Source: Candidatus Velthaea sp. (GTDB lineage Bacteria > Vulcanimicrobiota > Vulcanimicrobiia > Vulcanimicrobiales > Vulcanimicrobiaceae). Taken from it: DNA of 64,000 nucleotides. Below the pieces are notes generated by a model, which had not been told where the DNA came from, searched no databases, and was given only the letters and a program-made list of their open reading frames with translations. Of the stretch, positions 40,011 to 49,540 are shown piece after piece. Positions within the stretch are counted from its first letter, which is position 1, and every line of letters begins with the position of its first letter. Where the stretch lies: NCBI GenBank assembly GCA_965214935.1, contig CBDCCS010000022.1, positions 576,001-640,000 on the forward strand, read 5' to 3'. The position numbers and the translations under genes are program-made.

Positions 40011-40689
40011 CGATCGTGCAGCGAGTTGTGACCCGAGCGCGCGAAAACAAGCTAATCGTTTCATGGCTACGTTTCATTGTACCGGCATCTTGAGGTAAGT
40101 GCTTACGCGACTGGTATCGCTTAAATGCACGGCCTTTAGCGATTTGGCCGAGCACTTCAGTGCGCCGAGCTAACAACCGCCCGAATGAACGTGGACGTAT
40201 CATTGCACTCATTCGATCAAGAATCGATCGTTTAGCAACGCAACGATTGCAGCATTCGTGCCGAAGCGCACGGTAATGATATTGGAAACTATTTACCTGC
40301 CCCTAGCTTATAATCGGTCGCAACGTCCCCCGACACCAGGTTGGCACGATCGATGCGAGCCGCGGGAATGAGCGCCGCGCGATATCGCGCAAGATATGCC
40401 TGAACCGCGAGCGCGCGTAGGATGGCGAAACGACCGACGTGCGCGCAAGCGTAACCAAATACACTTAATGCGTATCGCGAATGATTCTCAAATGAAGTGT
40501 ACGACGCGGACGGACGCCGCGACGGAATGAGGCTGCCGTCGATTGCTTTCAGAAGCGCGCCTTTGCCGCTGACATTGTAGGACTCAGCCGATGAGGTTCA
40601 ATGGCGCGGGTGCGATCGCAACGGCGGTTGCGCCTTGCGGCGCCAAGTGCTGCAACGGACGATAGTCGGAAATGCCCGATTTGGGCTAC

Positions 40690-40765
40690 TGGAGCCGACG
40701 AGCGGATTTGAACCGCTGACCTGCTGATTACGAATCAGCTGCTCTACCAACTGAGCTACGTCGGC
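40690..40765 (-). tRNA. tRNA-Thr(CGT)
   Basis: GCCGACGTAGCTCAGTTGGTAGAGCAGCTGATT-CGT-AATCAGCAGGTCAGCGGTTCAAATCCGCTCGTCGGCTCCA; 76 nt cloverleaf with encoded CCA. Confidence 0.98.
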
Positions 40766-40839
40766 ACGAATGCGTGGATGGCCGAGCGTGCTTTTCGGCT
40801 GCCGGAAGCGCCAACCTTTCCGGTCCGGGCGATGCTCGG

Positions 40840-40972
40840 ACATACACGAGTCCGCAGGTTATCCTGCGGACTCGCCGCTCGACGGAGAAGGTCCAGTTCT
40901 CATCTCGCGCTTCGGCTTTACCCAGGAACGCCTAAACTTGATACCTCACGGCAACAAGTGCAAGAGCCGAAT
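40840..40972 (-). ncRNA. Candidate structured small RNA (~130 nt), family unknown
   Basis: Three-way junction with a GUGA tetraloop, a second hairpin and a perfect 12-bp terminal hairpin; promoter-like TCGACC-17-TAAATT directly upstream. Confidence 0.55.
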
Positions 40973-40981
40973 GTAGTTAAT

Positions 40982-41464
40982 TTACAAAAGAACCATCCAT
41001 CGGTCGATACGAGCGGCATAGCAACCGCGCTTTGCATAGTGCGCGTGGACGTAGGCGATATCCGGTCGCAAAAATAGGCGCTCGAGCGCAGATTCGAGCT
41101 CCGTACCGTCGACAAGGTCGGCATCGTGCATCAAGCCGCCGGCGTCGAAACCGCGCAAACTTAGCGTTCGGATACGCAGCGCCCGTGGGACGGCACAAAT
41201 CCGATCGAACGGCTCCATGGCGCCTTCACGGACGAAGATGGCGTGGCTTGCACGGTACGGCGTTGCCGCATCTAGATGAACGTAATTGAGTAAAAGCGCC
41301 TGCTCGCCGACTTCGAGATCTCGCAGTTCTATGCGGTCGGGAAAGCCCGGATTTTCGTCTGCCGTATAGCGAAGCACACCGTTCGTTGCGAGCTCGACAT
41401 CGCTCATGCCGTAGAGATGGGAAAAGCGGGCCGACGGCAAGCCCGAAATGCGAAAGCGTAACAT
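40982..41464 (-). CDS. DUF1203 domain protein
   Basis: FRISGL, PGFPDRIELRD, LLNYVH, PYRASHAIF, LSLRGFD, YVHAHYAKRGCYAARIDR; ATG 41464 lies 6 nt after TACGAT. Confidence 0.85.
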   Translation of the reverse strand: MLRFRISGLPSARFSHLYGMSDVELATNGVLRYTADENPGFPDRIELRDLEVGEQALLLNYVHLDAATPYRASHAIFVREGAMEPFDRICAVPRALRIRTLSLRGFDAGGLMHDADLVDGTELESALERLFLRPDIAYVHAHYAKRGCYAARIDRWMVLL

Positions 41465-41470
41465 ACGCCG

Positions 41471-41521
41471 ATCGTAAGCATTCGCGGCATTCCGGCGCCT
41501 ACCGCGCTTTGCTACGATATT
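41471..41521 (-). promoter_or_regulatory. Ada box (AAT-ATCGTA-GCAA, 41521-41509) and -10 TACGAT (41476-41471) for the DUF1203 gene
   Basis: Exact AAT-N6-GCAA at -57..-45 relative to the ATG. Confidence 0.75.
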
Positions 41522-41543
41522 TACGTGCCGAGCCTCCGTGGCG

Positions 41544-41593
41544 AATGTGCGAGCAACGAACGGAGGGTGCGCGCCCGGCAGACCGTATACGAT
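41544..41593 (+). promoter_or_regulatory. Ada box (AAT-GTGCGA-GCAA, 41544-41556) and -10 TACGAT (41588-41593) for ada
   Basis: Exact AAT-N6-GCAA at -57..-45 relative to the ATG at 41601. Confidence 0.8.
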
Positions 41594-41600
41594 TGCAAGC

Positions 41601-42653
41601 ATGATCGACCAAGATCGGCGTTGGGATGCCGTCCGTCACCGCGACCGCACCGCCGGCTTTATTTTCGGCGTTCGCACAACGCGCATTGCGTGTCGTCCGG
41701 GCTGCCCGGCGCGCACGCCGCTTCCCGAAAACGTCGTTTTCTTCAACGACTTCGCAACCGCGCAACAAGCGGGTTTTCGCGCCTGTAAACGGTGTGCGCC
41801 GGATGCCGTGGCAGCCGATGCGGAGCGGCAATCGCTCATCGCACGCGCGTGCTCGCTGCTCGACGCCGATGAACCGGTGTCGCTCGAGGCGGCAGCGCGC
41901 GCCGTCGGTTTAAGCCGGTTTCACTTCCAGCGCGTTTTCCGTCAGGTCATCGGCCTGACGCCGGGCGATTACCTGCGTTCGCGCCGCGAGCAACGCTTGC
42001 GCGAACGCTTGGCAAGCGGAGCATCCGTAACAACGGCAGTCGTCGCCGCCGGATACGGTTCGCCCAGCCGCGTGTATGAAGCACGGACGCTTGGAATGGA
42101 CCCGTCGACGTTTTGCGGGGGTGCACGCGGCGAGCGCATAGCGTACGCCGCCACGACTTCGTCGCTTGGCTATCTGCTCGTTGCGCGCACGGAGCGCGGA
42201 ATATGCGCGATCGAACTGGGCGACGACGAGCCGGTGGTCGTTGCTGCGCTGCGCCGGATGTATCCCCGGGCAGACATCGTTGCCGACGCGGACGAACTCG
42301 AGCACAACCTTGCGGCCGTCGTCGCTTTGATCGATGGCAACGCAGAGACCGCAGCGATCGTGGATCTCGATATCCGCGGGACCGCTTTTCAGCGTCGAGT
42401 CTGGAATGCGTTGCGCTCGATCCCGCGTGGCGAAGTGTGGTCGTACGCGCGTCTCGCGGCTGAAATCGGCCGTCCGAACGCCGTCCGCGCGGTCGCCTCC
42501 GCTTGCGGCAACAATCGCATCGCCGTAGCGATTCCGTGTCACCGCGTTCTGGGGTCCGACGGCAAGCTCCGCGGCTATCGCTGGGGCGTCGACCGCAAGG
42601 CGAAGCTCTTGCGGCGCGAAAACCGCGACCGCAAGCCGCCTGCTAGCGGTTAA
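41601..42653 (+). CDS. ada: Bifunctional Ada: methylphosphotriester sensor/AraC activator + O6-methylguanine-DNA methyltransferase
   Basis: GVRTTRIACRPGC...GFRACKRC (4 Zn Cys), SRFHFQRVF HTH, GTAFQRRVW, IPCHRV. Confidence 0.95.
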   Translation: MIDQDRRWDAVRHRDRTAGFIFGVRTTRIACRPGCPARTPLPENVVFFNDFATAQQAGFRACKRCAPDAVAADAERQSLIARACSLLDADEPVSLEAAARAVGLSRFHFQRVFRQVIGLTPGDYLRSRREQRLRERLASGASVTTAVVAAGYGSPSRVYEARTLGMDPSTFCGGARGERIAYAATTSSLGYLLVARTERGICAIELGDDEPVVVAALRRMYPRADIVADADELEHNLAAVVALIDGNAETAAIVDLDIRGTAFQRRVWNALRSIPRGEVWSYARLAAEIGRPNAVRAVASACGNNRIAVAIPCHRVLGSDGKLRGYRWGVDRKAKLLRRENRDRKPPASG

Positions 42654-42669
42654 CGCCGGATACGTCCGC

Positions 42670-44430
<1,761 letters not shown>

Positions 44431-44490
44431 TTACCTTTGAGGTGAGCCGCTAAGGAGGAGCCGCACGGAGGTGCGCATCGAGCCGTTCAT
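44431..44490 (-). CDS. leuA leader peptide MNGSMRTSVRLLLSGSPQR
   Basis: Three consecutive Leu codons (CTC CTC CTT, 44460-44452) between a sigma70 promoter and a terminator. Confidence 0.8.
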   Translation of the reverse strand: MNGSMRTSVRLLLSGSPQR

Positions 44491-44498
44491 GTGCAGCG

Positions 44499-44528
44499 AA
44501 CGTATCACAGCCGGTGCGCCCGCGTCAA
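44499..44528 (-). promoter_or_regulatory. Sigma70-type promoter of the leuA leader
   Basis: TTGACG-18-TACGTT with extended -10 TG; 8 nt before the leader ATG. Confidence 0.7.
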
Positions 44529-44602
44529 GGCGCGAGCCGGGTAGCGAGGTACGACGGAGCGTAAGGATTGCCTTACCGTGCAGTGACTTGGACCCCCGGC
44601 AG

Positions 44603-45520
44603 CTACATGCTAACGGCGAAGCGCTGAATGTAATCGTCTTTATTACCGGCTTCATCAACCATGACCGCCCAAATGTTGTGCGTCTTTGCATCGAAGCCGA
44701 GCGTGTGCATGCGGTATTTGCCGGAATACGTGCCGATGACCTTAGGTGCGGCGGTTTGCGACAGTTGATAGACCGTGATGCCGGTGCCCGCCGCACAAGC
44801 CAACAGGTGCAGGCTTTGATCGAGATCGCATTGGTCCACGTGAGCGGGCATCGCCGTTTGATATTTCTTGGTACCGGTCGTGTCGTAGACGCTCAACACG
44901 CCGTTCGCACCACCGACGACAAGTTGTTTGTAGGTCCCGTCGTATTGCAGCGGATGATTGTTGGTAAGCTCCGGTGTTGCAATCGTCGACGTAACCGCTA
45001 AACTTTCGGGATCGATCGTCGCAACTTCCGATTTGTCGGCAATATTCTGATACACCGAATGCGTTGCCGGATCGACGGCGAGATATTCCGGCTTGTGACC
45101 GGGGAGCGCGACCGTACCGATTTCTTTCATCGTCTTTGCATCGATGACGAAAACGCGCGTCCCGTCATCTTCGTCGGCATAGATATGGCCGTTCGCTTCG
45201 TCGAAGGCAATCGCATCGACCGGTCCGTCGACGGCAACCGTGCGCAAAACTTTGGCCGTACGCGGATCGCTTTCCGAAACGCTTTTATCATCGCCGTTGC
45301 CGGTATAAACTTTCGTGCCGTCCGACGTATACGCGACACCGTGCATCGGCCCGACTTTTATCTGATGTAGAATCGAGCCGTTGTCGGCGTTGACGATGAG
45401 TAACGTTTTCGCGCCGGAGTGGGCAGCGTACACGCGCCGATGCGCCGCATCGACGGTGACATAATCAAAGCCGCCCATCATTGGTACGGGCATGGGCGGG
45501 GCCATTGGAACAAGCGGCAT
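44603..45520 (-). CDS. YncE/YVTN-like beta-propeller protein
   Basis: GGFDYVTVD..RRVYAAH and repeated blades (VYTGNG, IYADEDD, KPEYLAVDP); no signal peptide in frame. Confidence 0.85.
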   Translation of the reverse strand: MPLVPMAPPMPVPMMGGFDYVTVDAAHRRVYAAHSGAKTLLIVNADNGSILHQIKVGPMHGVAYTSDGTKVYTGNGDDKSVSESDPRTAKVLRTVAVDGPVDAIAFDEANGHIYADEDDGTRVFVIDAKTMKEIGTVALPGHKPEYLAVDPATHSVYQNIADKSEVATIDPESLAVTSTIATPELTNNHPLQYDGTYKQLVVGGANGVLSVYDTTGTKKYQTAMPAHVDQCDLDQSLHLLACAAGTGITVYQLSQTAAPKVIGTYSGKYRMHTLGFDAKTHNIWAVMVDEAGNKDDYIQRFAVSM

Positions 45521-45780
45521 ATCGATGGCATTTCAACACGACTGCATGAACGTGCCATGAATGCCGCACACTTCATCTGTACGATACTGAGCGACTTGCA
45601 CGATCGACGTCCGAACGCGTTGCCGCTGCAGGCCTGGTTACCGCTCGGCTCTATCGATTTCGGTCAATCATTCAACCGTCGTGCGGCGCTACTTAAGCGT
45701 TCCTTAACCTTCGGTTGTTAATCTTCGGCTCGTCGCCTCGCCGTGTTCGCGGCGGCATATTTGCTCGTTTTGGAGATCCT

Positions 45781-48534
45781 ATGTTGCCTGTTGATCGTCG
45801 GCGCATTCGGCTGACGTCGCTCCTTCTCGCCGCCGGAATTACGTGCGCACCTGTCATGAGCGTGGCGCAGGCGCAGCCTTCGAACGGAGCCTCGATCTCC
45901 AGCACCGTCCTCGACGTTCAGAACGGCTTGCCCGTCTCCGGCGCTACGGTCGCGCTCTTCATGGGCACACAAAGCGTCGCGACCGCAGTTACCGATGCTT
46001 CGGGCAGGGCAACGTTTCCAAGCGAGATTGCCGGCATCTATCATGTCGAGATCCGCGCGCAAGGTTACGGAACGGCAAGATCCGACGACGTCGTCGTTAA
46101 TCCGGGCGCGGCTGCCGCGACCATCCGTTTGACGCTGCAGCGAGCGTCGCTGTCGACCGGTTCATCGCTGCGTCAGATCGGGCGCGTTTCAAGTTCGACA
46201 CAACGTTCGCAATTGCAGAGTACGTCGACCATCACGCAAAGCGTTTCGCCCGAACGTTTGCAGCGCGAAAACTACGTACGCGTCGGCGACTCGCTCAATA
46301 CGCTGCCGGGCGTAAACCTCGGAAGTCAGGATTCGGCGGTCGGTGATGACCTGTATCTGAACATTCGCGGCGTTGGTTCGAGCGAGTCGGCCGTATTGCT
46401 TGACGGGCATCCCATTGGTCCGTTTGGAGCCGGCGGAAGCACCTTCAACCTTCAGCTAACGCCGATTTTCGCGCTTCGAAACGTCGACGTCGTGTATGGT
46501 TCGGGGACCGAAGCGCTGTACGGTACCGACGCCTTGGCCGGCGCCGTCGACCTTCAAACCCTCACGCCGACGCGCACGCCCCAAGCGACCTTCACTCAAG
46601 GCTTCGGCAATCAAGGCAAGAGCGAGAGCGTCATAACGTCGACCGGCACGTACGGCCGCCTCGGGGTTGCGCTTGAGTCGTCGACGCAAGGAACGTACGG
46701 CAATTTCAAGCCGGGACCGCAGTTCCAAAGCGGCTTTCTCGCCAACACACAAGACTTCTCGACCGCCGGAATTAATGCCGCAGGTGCGCTTTACTCGGTG
46801 TCGGCGAACTATCTCTTGCGCGATAATCTGGCCAAAATCAATTATTCGTTCAGCCCGAAAACAAACGTTACGCTGCAATATTACTCGTCGTCGTCGACCG
46901 ACGATAAGACCGGTAACGGTGATAATGATGCTTTCGGCGCCGCGTATTCGTACAATCAGGTGCTGACGGGTTCGTTGCTCGCCGGCGGTCCTGGTACGCT
47001 TGTGCCGCTGCCGAGTAACGGTGCGACTCCGTGCGCGCCGATCGGCGGCAACAACGCCTCGATTCCGGTCACGACCAATAGCGGCGTTTCGTGTCTTAAT
47101 CCTTCGCAATATGCGTTGGCGACGACGGGTGCGGCCGGTGGTGGAGGCGGGCGCTGGCAATGGGACGCATTGCGCGATGCAACATTCCGGCTCGATCATC
47201 AGTTCGCCGGCAACAATAACTTCGCGGCGACCCTGTATACTGATTCCTATGCAATCGACACGACGCGGTATCCGAAAACGCAGTCGGAGCGCTACAAGAC
47301 TTTCGGCATTCAGCTAAGCGACGACGTCATTACGGCAAACAATGATTTTGGCGTCGGTTACTTTTCGCCGCACCAACAAGAAGCGGGCGATCAGCTTATC
47401 GGTGACACGATCGTTCAAAATCCGGTTCTCGGCCAAAGCACGACCAATTTTTTCTTGCGCGATAATTTGCAGCTAAGTAATCGCGTATCGATCTTTAGTA
47501 ACTTGTGGATTAAGCAGTCGTCGGTTTCGAACAGCACGCTGCTCGATCCGCGTGTTTCGCTCGTCGTGCGCCCGACGAATAACGATGTCGTTCGTTTCTC
47601 GGCGGCTCGTGCAAGCAACGTTCCGGATATTGGTCTGCTGCAAGGTGCAACTTCGTTCTCGAACCCCGGCTCCGTCAATGTTACATGCAACTCGCTCACG
47701 GGTTTAGGCTCGATCCCGTCCGTCGGACTCGTACCGGAAACTGCAAAATCGCTTGAACTTGCAATCGGTCATCGCTTTTATAATGATTCGCAAATTCAAG
47801 TTGCCGCTTACGACGAAAATATTTCCGAGAAATTGGTCGGTACATCAGTCGCGCTTTCGTCCGTACCGCAGTTTTTGACCGACCCCGGCTTTCTCGGCCA
47901 ACTGAACGGCTATCTCTCGAAGTTCAACCAACAATGCGGAAAAACGCTGACGACGGCGCAACAGCTCGCAGCAATCACGAGCGTGAGCGGCACACTCAAT
48001 GCCACCAACGGGCAATATCGCGGGATCGAGGTTTCCGGCCGCGCCCGTGTTAATCGCGCCGTCTACTTTGACTATGCGTACGACCTTCAATCGGCGCAGT
48101 ATCTCGGACTCGATTCAGCGACGCTTTTACGGGCGCCAAACCTTGTCAACGGCGTGCAGCAGTCGGGTATCCCGCTGCAGAAAGCATCGCTGGGCCTTGA
48201 TGTTAGCGACCAGCATGGGTTGGAGCTGCGCTTCGATGCATTTTATGTCGGCGCAAACAACGGTTACGACCGGCCGGCCTATACTTTCTTTAACAGCGGA
48301 ATCTCGAAGACGCTGCGTACCGGCACGACGCTTACGCTCGGCGTGCAAAATTTGTTCAACTCGGCAACACAGCAATACGGACTAATCGGAAACGGCGTCT
48401 ATTACCCGTACAATCCGGTCTTCGCCGCCGCAAACCCGGGAGTCCCGACAACGGCGCTCGTCAACGGAAACGAGGAATTCGGCTTGTCGCCGCGTGCAAT
48501 TATCTTCGCGCTTTCACAGCGCGTCGGTCGCTAG
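45781..48534 (+). CDS. TonB-dependent receptor with N-terminal carboxypeptidase-regulatory-like domain
   Basis: Signal peptide; plug motifs LNTLPGV, IRG, VLLDGHP, VVYGSG, LAGAVD; barrel motifs DPR, PETAKS, YRGIE, GVQNLFN; GGAGA RBS. Confidence 0.9.
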   Translation: MLPVDRRRIRLTSLLLAAGITCAPVMSVAQAQPSNGASISSTVLDVQNGLPVSGATVALFMGTQSVATAVTDASGRATFPSEIAGIYHVEIRAQGYGTARSDDVVVNPGAAAATIRLTLQRASLSTGSSLRQIGRVSSSTQRSQLQSTSTITQSVSPERLQRENYVRVGDSLNTLPGVNLGSQDSAVGDDLYLNIRGVGSSESAVLLDGHPIGPFGAGGSTFNLQLTPIFALRNVDVVYGSGTEALYGTDALAGAVDLQTLTPTRTPQATFTQGFGNQGKSESVITSTGTYGRLGVALESSTQGTYGNFKPGPQFQSGFLANTQDFSTAGINAAGALYSVSANYLLRDNLAKINYSFSPKTNVTLQYYSSSSTDDKTGNGDNDAFGAAYSYNQVLTGSLLAGGPGTLVPLPSNGATPCAPIGGNNASIPVTTNSGVSCLNPSQYALATTGAAGGGGGRWQWDALRDATFRLDHQFAGNNNFAATLYTDSYAIDTTRYPKTQSERYKTFGIQLSDDVITANNDFGVGYFSPHQQEAGDQLIGDTIVQNPVLGQSTTNFFLRDNLQLSNRVSIFSNLWIKQSSVSNSTLLDPRVSLVVRPTNNDVVRFSAARASNVPDIGLLQGATSFSNPGSVNVTCNSLTGLGSIPSVGLVPETAKSLELAIGHRFYNDSQIQVAAYDENISEKLVGTSVALSSVPQFLTDPGFLGQLNGYLSKFNQQCGKTLTTAQQLAAITSVSGTLNATNGQYRGIEVSGRARVNRAVYFDYAYDLQSAQYLGLDSATLLRAPNLVNGVQQSGIPLQKASLGLDVSDQHGLELRFDAFYVGANNGYDRPAYTFFNSGISKTLRTGTTLTLGVQNLFNSATQQYGLIGNGVYYPYNPVFAAANPGVPTTALVNGNEEFGLSPRAIIFALSQRVGR

Positions 48535-48573
48535 TAACCCGCCGGGGCGGCCGGCTGCATCGAACTTAACCTG

Positions 48574-48614
48574 GCAAACAAAAGGCCGGACGTCACGTCC
48601 GGCCTTTTGTTTGC
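48574..48614. terminator. Bidirectional intrinsic terminator
   Basis: Perfect inverted repeat GCAAACAAAAGGCCGGACGT-C-ACGTCCGGCCTTTTGTTTGC between convergent genes. Confidence 0.9.
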
Positions 48615-48668
48615 TTCATACGACGATGAGCGAAGTTAACCGGCACAGTTCGCCGTCTGCATTGACCC

Positions 48669-48923
48669 TTACGGCACGTCGTGAAAGGTGCGCTTTTTGG
48701 CCACGTCGTCAACTTCGAGGTCGTCCAAAAAGTAATACACGATCTTTCGGTCGTCGAAGCCGACTTTGGCGAGTTCCCGGCCGTCGATGGTGACGACTTC
48801 GTGAATATGCCCGGTTTGGCCGGCATATGTGTAGTTGACTTGTCGGTAGCCCGGATTGTCGAGCGCCGGACGCGGAATAACTTTGGTGCCGCGCAGCGGC
48901 GTTTGGTGGCGGTGTTCGCTCAA
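48669..48923 (-). CDS. Small hypothetical protein (possible SH3/KOW-like beta barrel)
   Basis: GTKV...YAGQTGHIHEV...LAKVGFDD.KIVYYFLDDLEV; ends before the terminator. Confidence 0.7.
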   Translation of the reverse strand: MSEHRHQTPLRGTKVIPRPALDNPGYRQVNYTYAGQTGHIHEVVTIDGRELAKVGFDDRKIVYYFLDDLEVDDVAKKRTFHDVP

Positions 48924-48979
48924 GGGACCTCTGATCGAACCGACAATTGGATGACTGACGCCTTCGCCGGGGAGCGACT

Positions 48980-49537
48980 ATGATCATCGAGTTTCGCGGA
49001 AAACGGCCGATCATCGCTGCAACGGCCTTTGTCGCGCCGACCGCCGTGCTGATCGGCGATGTTGAGGTCGGCGAAGAATCGAGCGTGTGGTTCGGTACGG
49101 TACTGCGCGGCGATAACGGGCCTATCCGGATCGGAGCGCGCACGTCGATTCAAGATAATAGCGTCGTGCATGTAAGTCCGGGCCATCAAACGATTATCGG
49201 AGACGACTGTACGATCGGACATTGCGCGGTGCTCGAAGATTGCACCATTGCGAACGGGACGCTTATCGGCAGCAATGCCGTCGTGCTCAACGAAGCCGTA
49301 GTCGGCGAAAAGTCGCTCGTTGGTGCGGGTTCGGTCGTCGCCGCGAAGGCGCAAATCCCGGCGGCAGTCGTCGCGGTCGGTGCGCCGGCGCACGTAAAGA
49401 AACCGCTCGAAGGCGATGCGGTTTGGTGGATCGAGCATGCCGCTCACGAGTACGTCGAGCTTTCGCGGTCGTACCTCGAAAGCGGCATCGGCGATCCGTG
49501 GATGCACGAAATCGCCACCGCACGCAGTTCGGCGTAG
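48980..49537 (+). CDS. Gamma-carbonic-anhydrase-family protein
   Basis: LIGDV, VWFGTVLRGD, IQDNSVVH, TIGH; hexapeptide repeats. Confidence 0.92.
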   Translation: MIIEFRGKRPIIAATAFVAPTAVLIGDVEVGEESSVWFGTVLRGDNGPIRIGARTSIQDNSVVHVSPGHQTIIGDDCTIGHCAVLEDCTIANGTLIGSNAVVLNEAVVGEKSLVGAGSVVAAKAQIPAAVVAVGAPAHVKKPLEGDAVWWIEHAAHEYVELSRSYLESGIGDPWMHEIATARSSA

Positions 49538-49540
49538 GAT

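Noticed and set aside
1..40689. Intact tRNA-integrated element with attL/attR
   Set aside because: No integrase and no second copy of the tRNA 3' end found by eye.
40770..40840. SRP RNA (CCGGACCGGAAAGG resembles the helix 8 motif)
   Set aside because: The CAGG...GGAAGGAAGCAGC pattern and long helix are not present; more likely a tRNA leader hairpin.
48920..49507. 195-aa minus-strand ORF and the many other long antisense/overlapping ORFs in the track
   Set aside because: Shadows of real genes in high-GC DNA; Arg/Ala-rich with no motifs.
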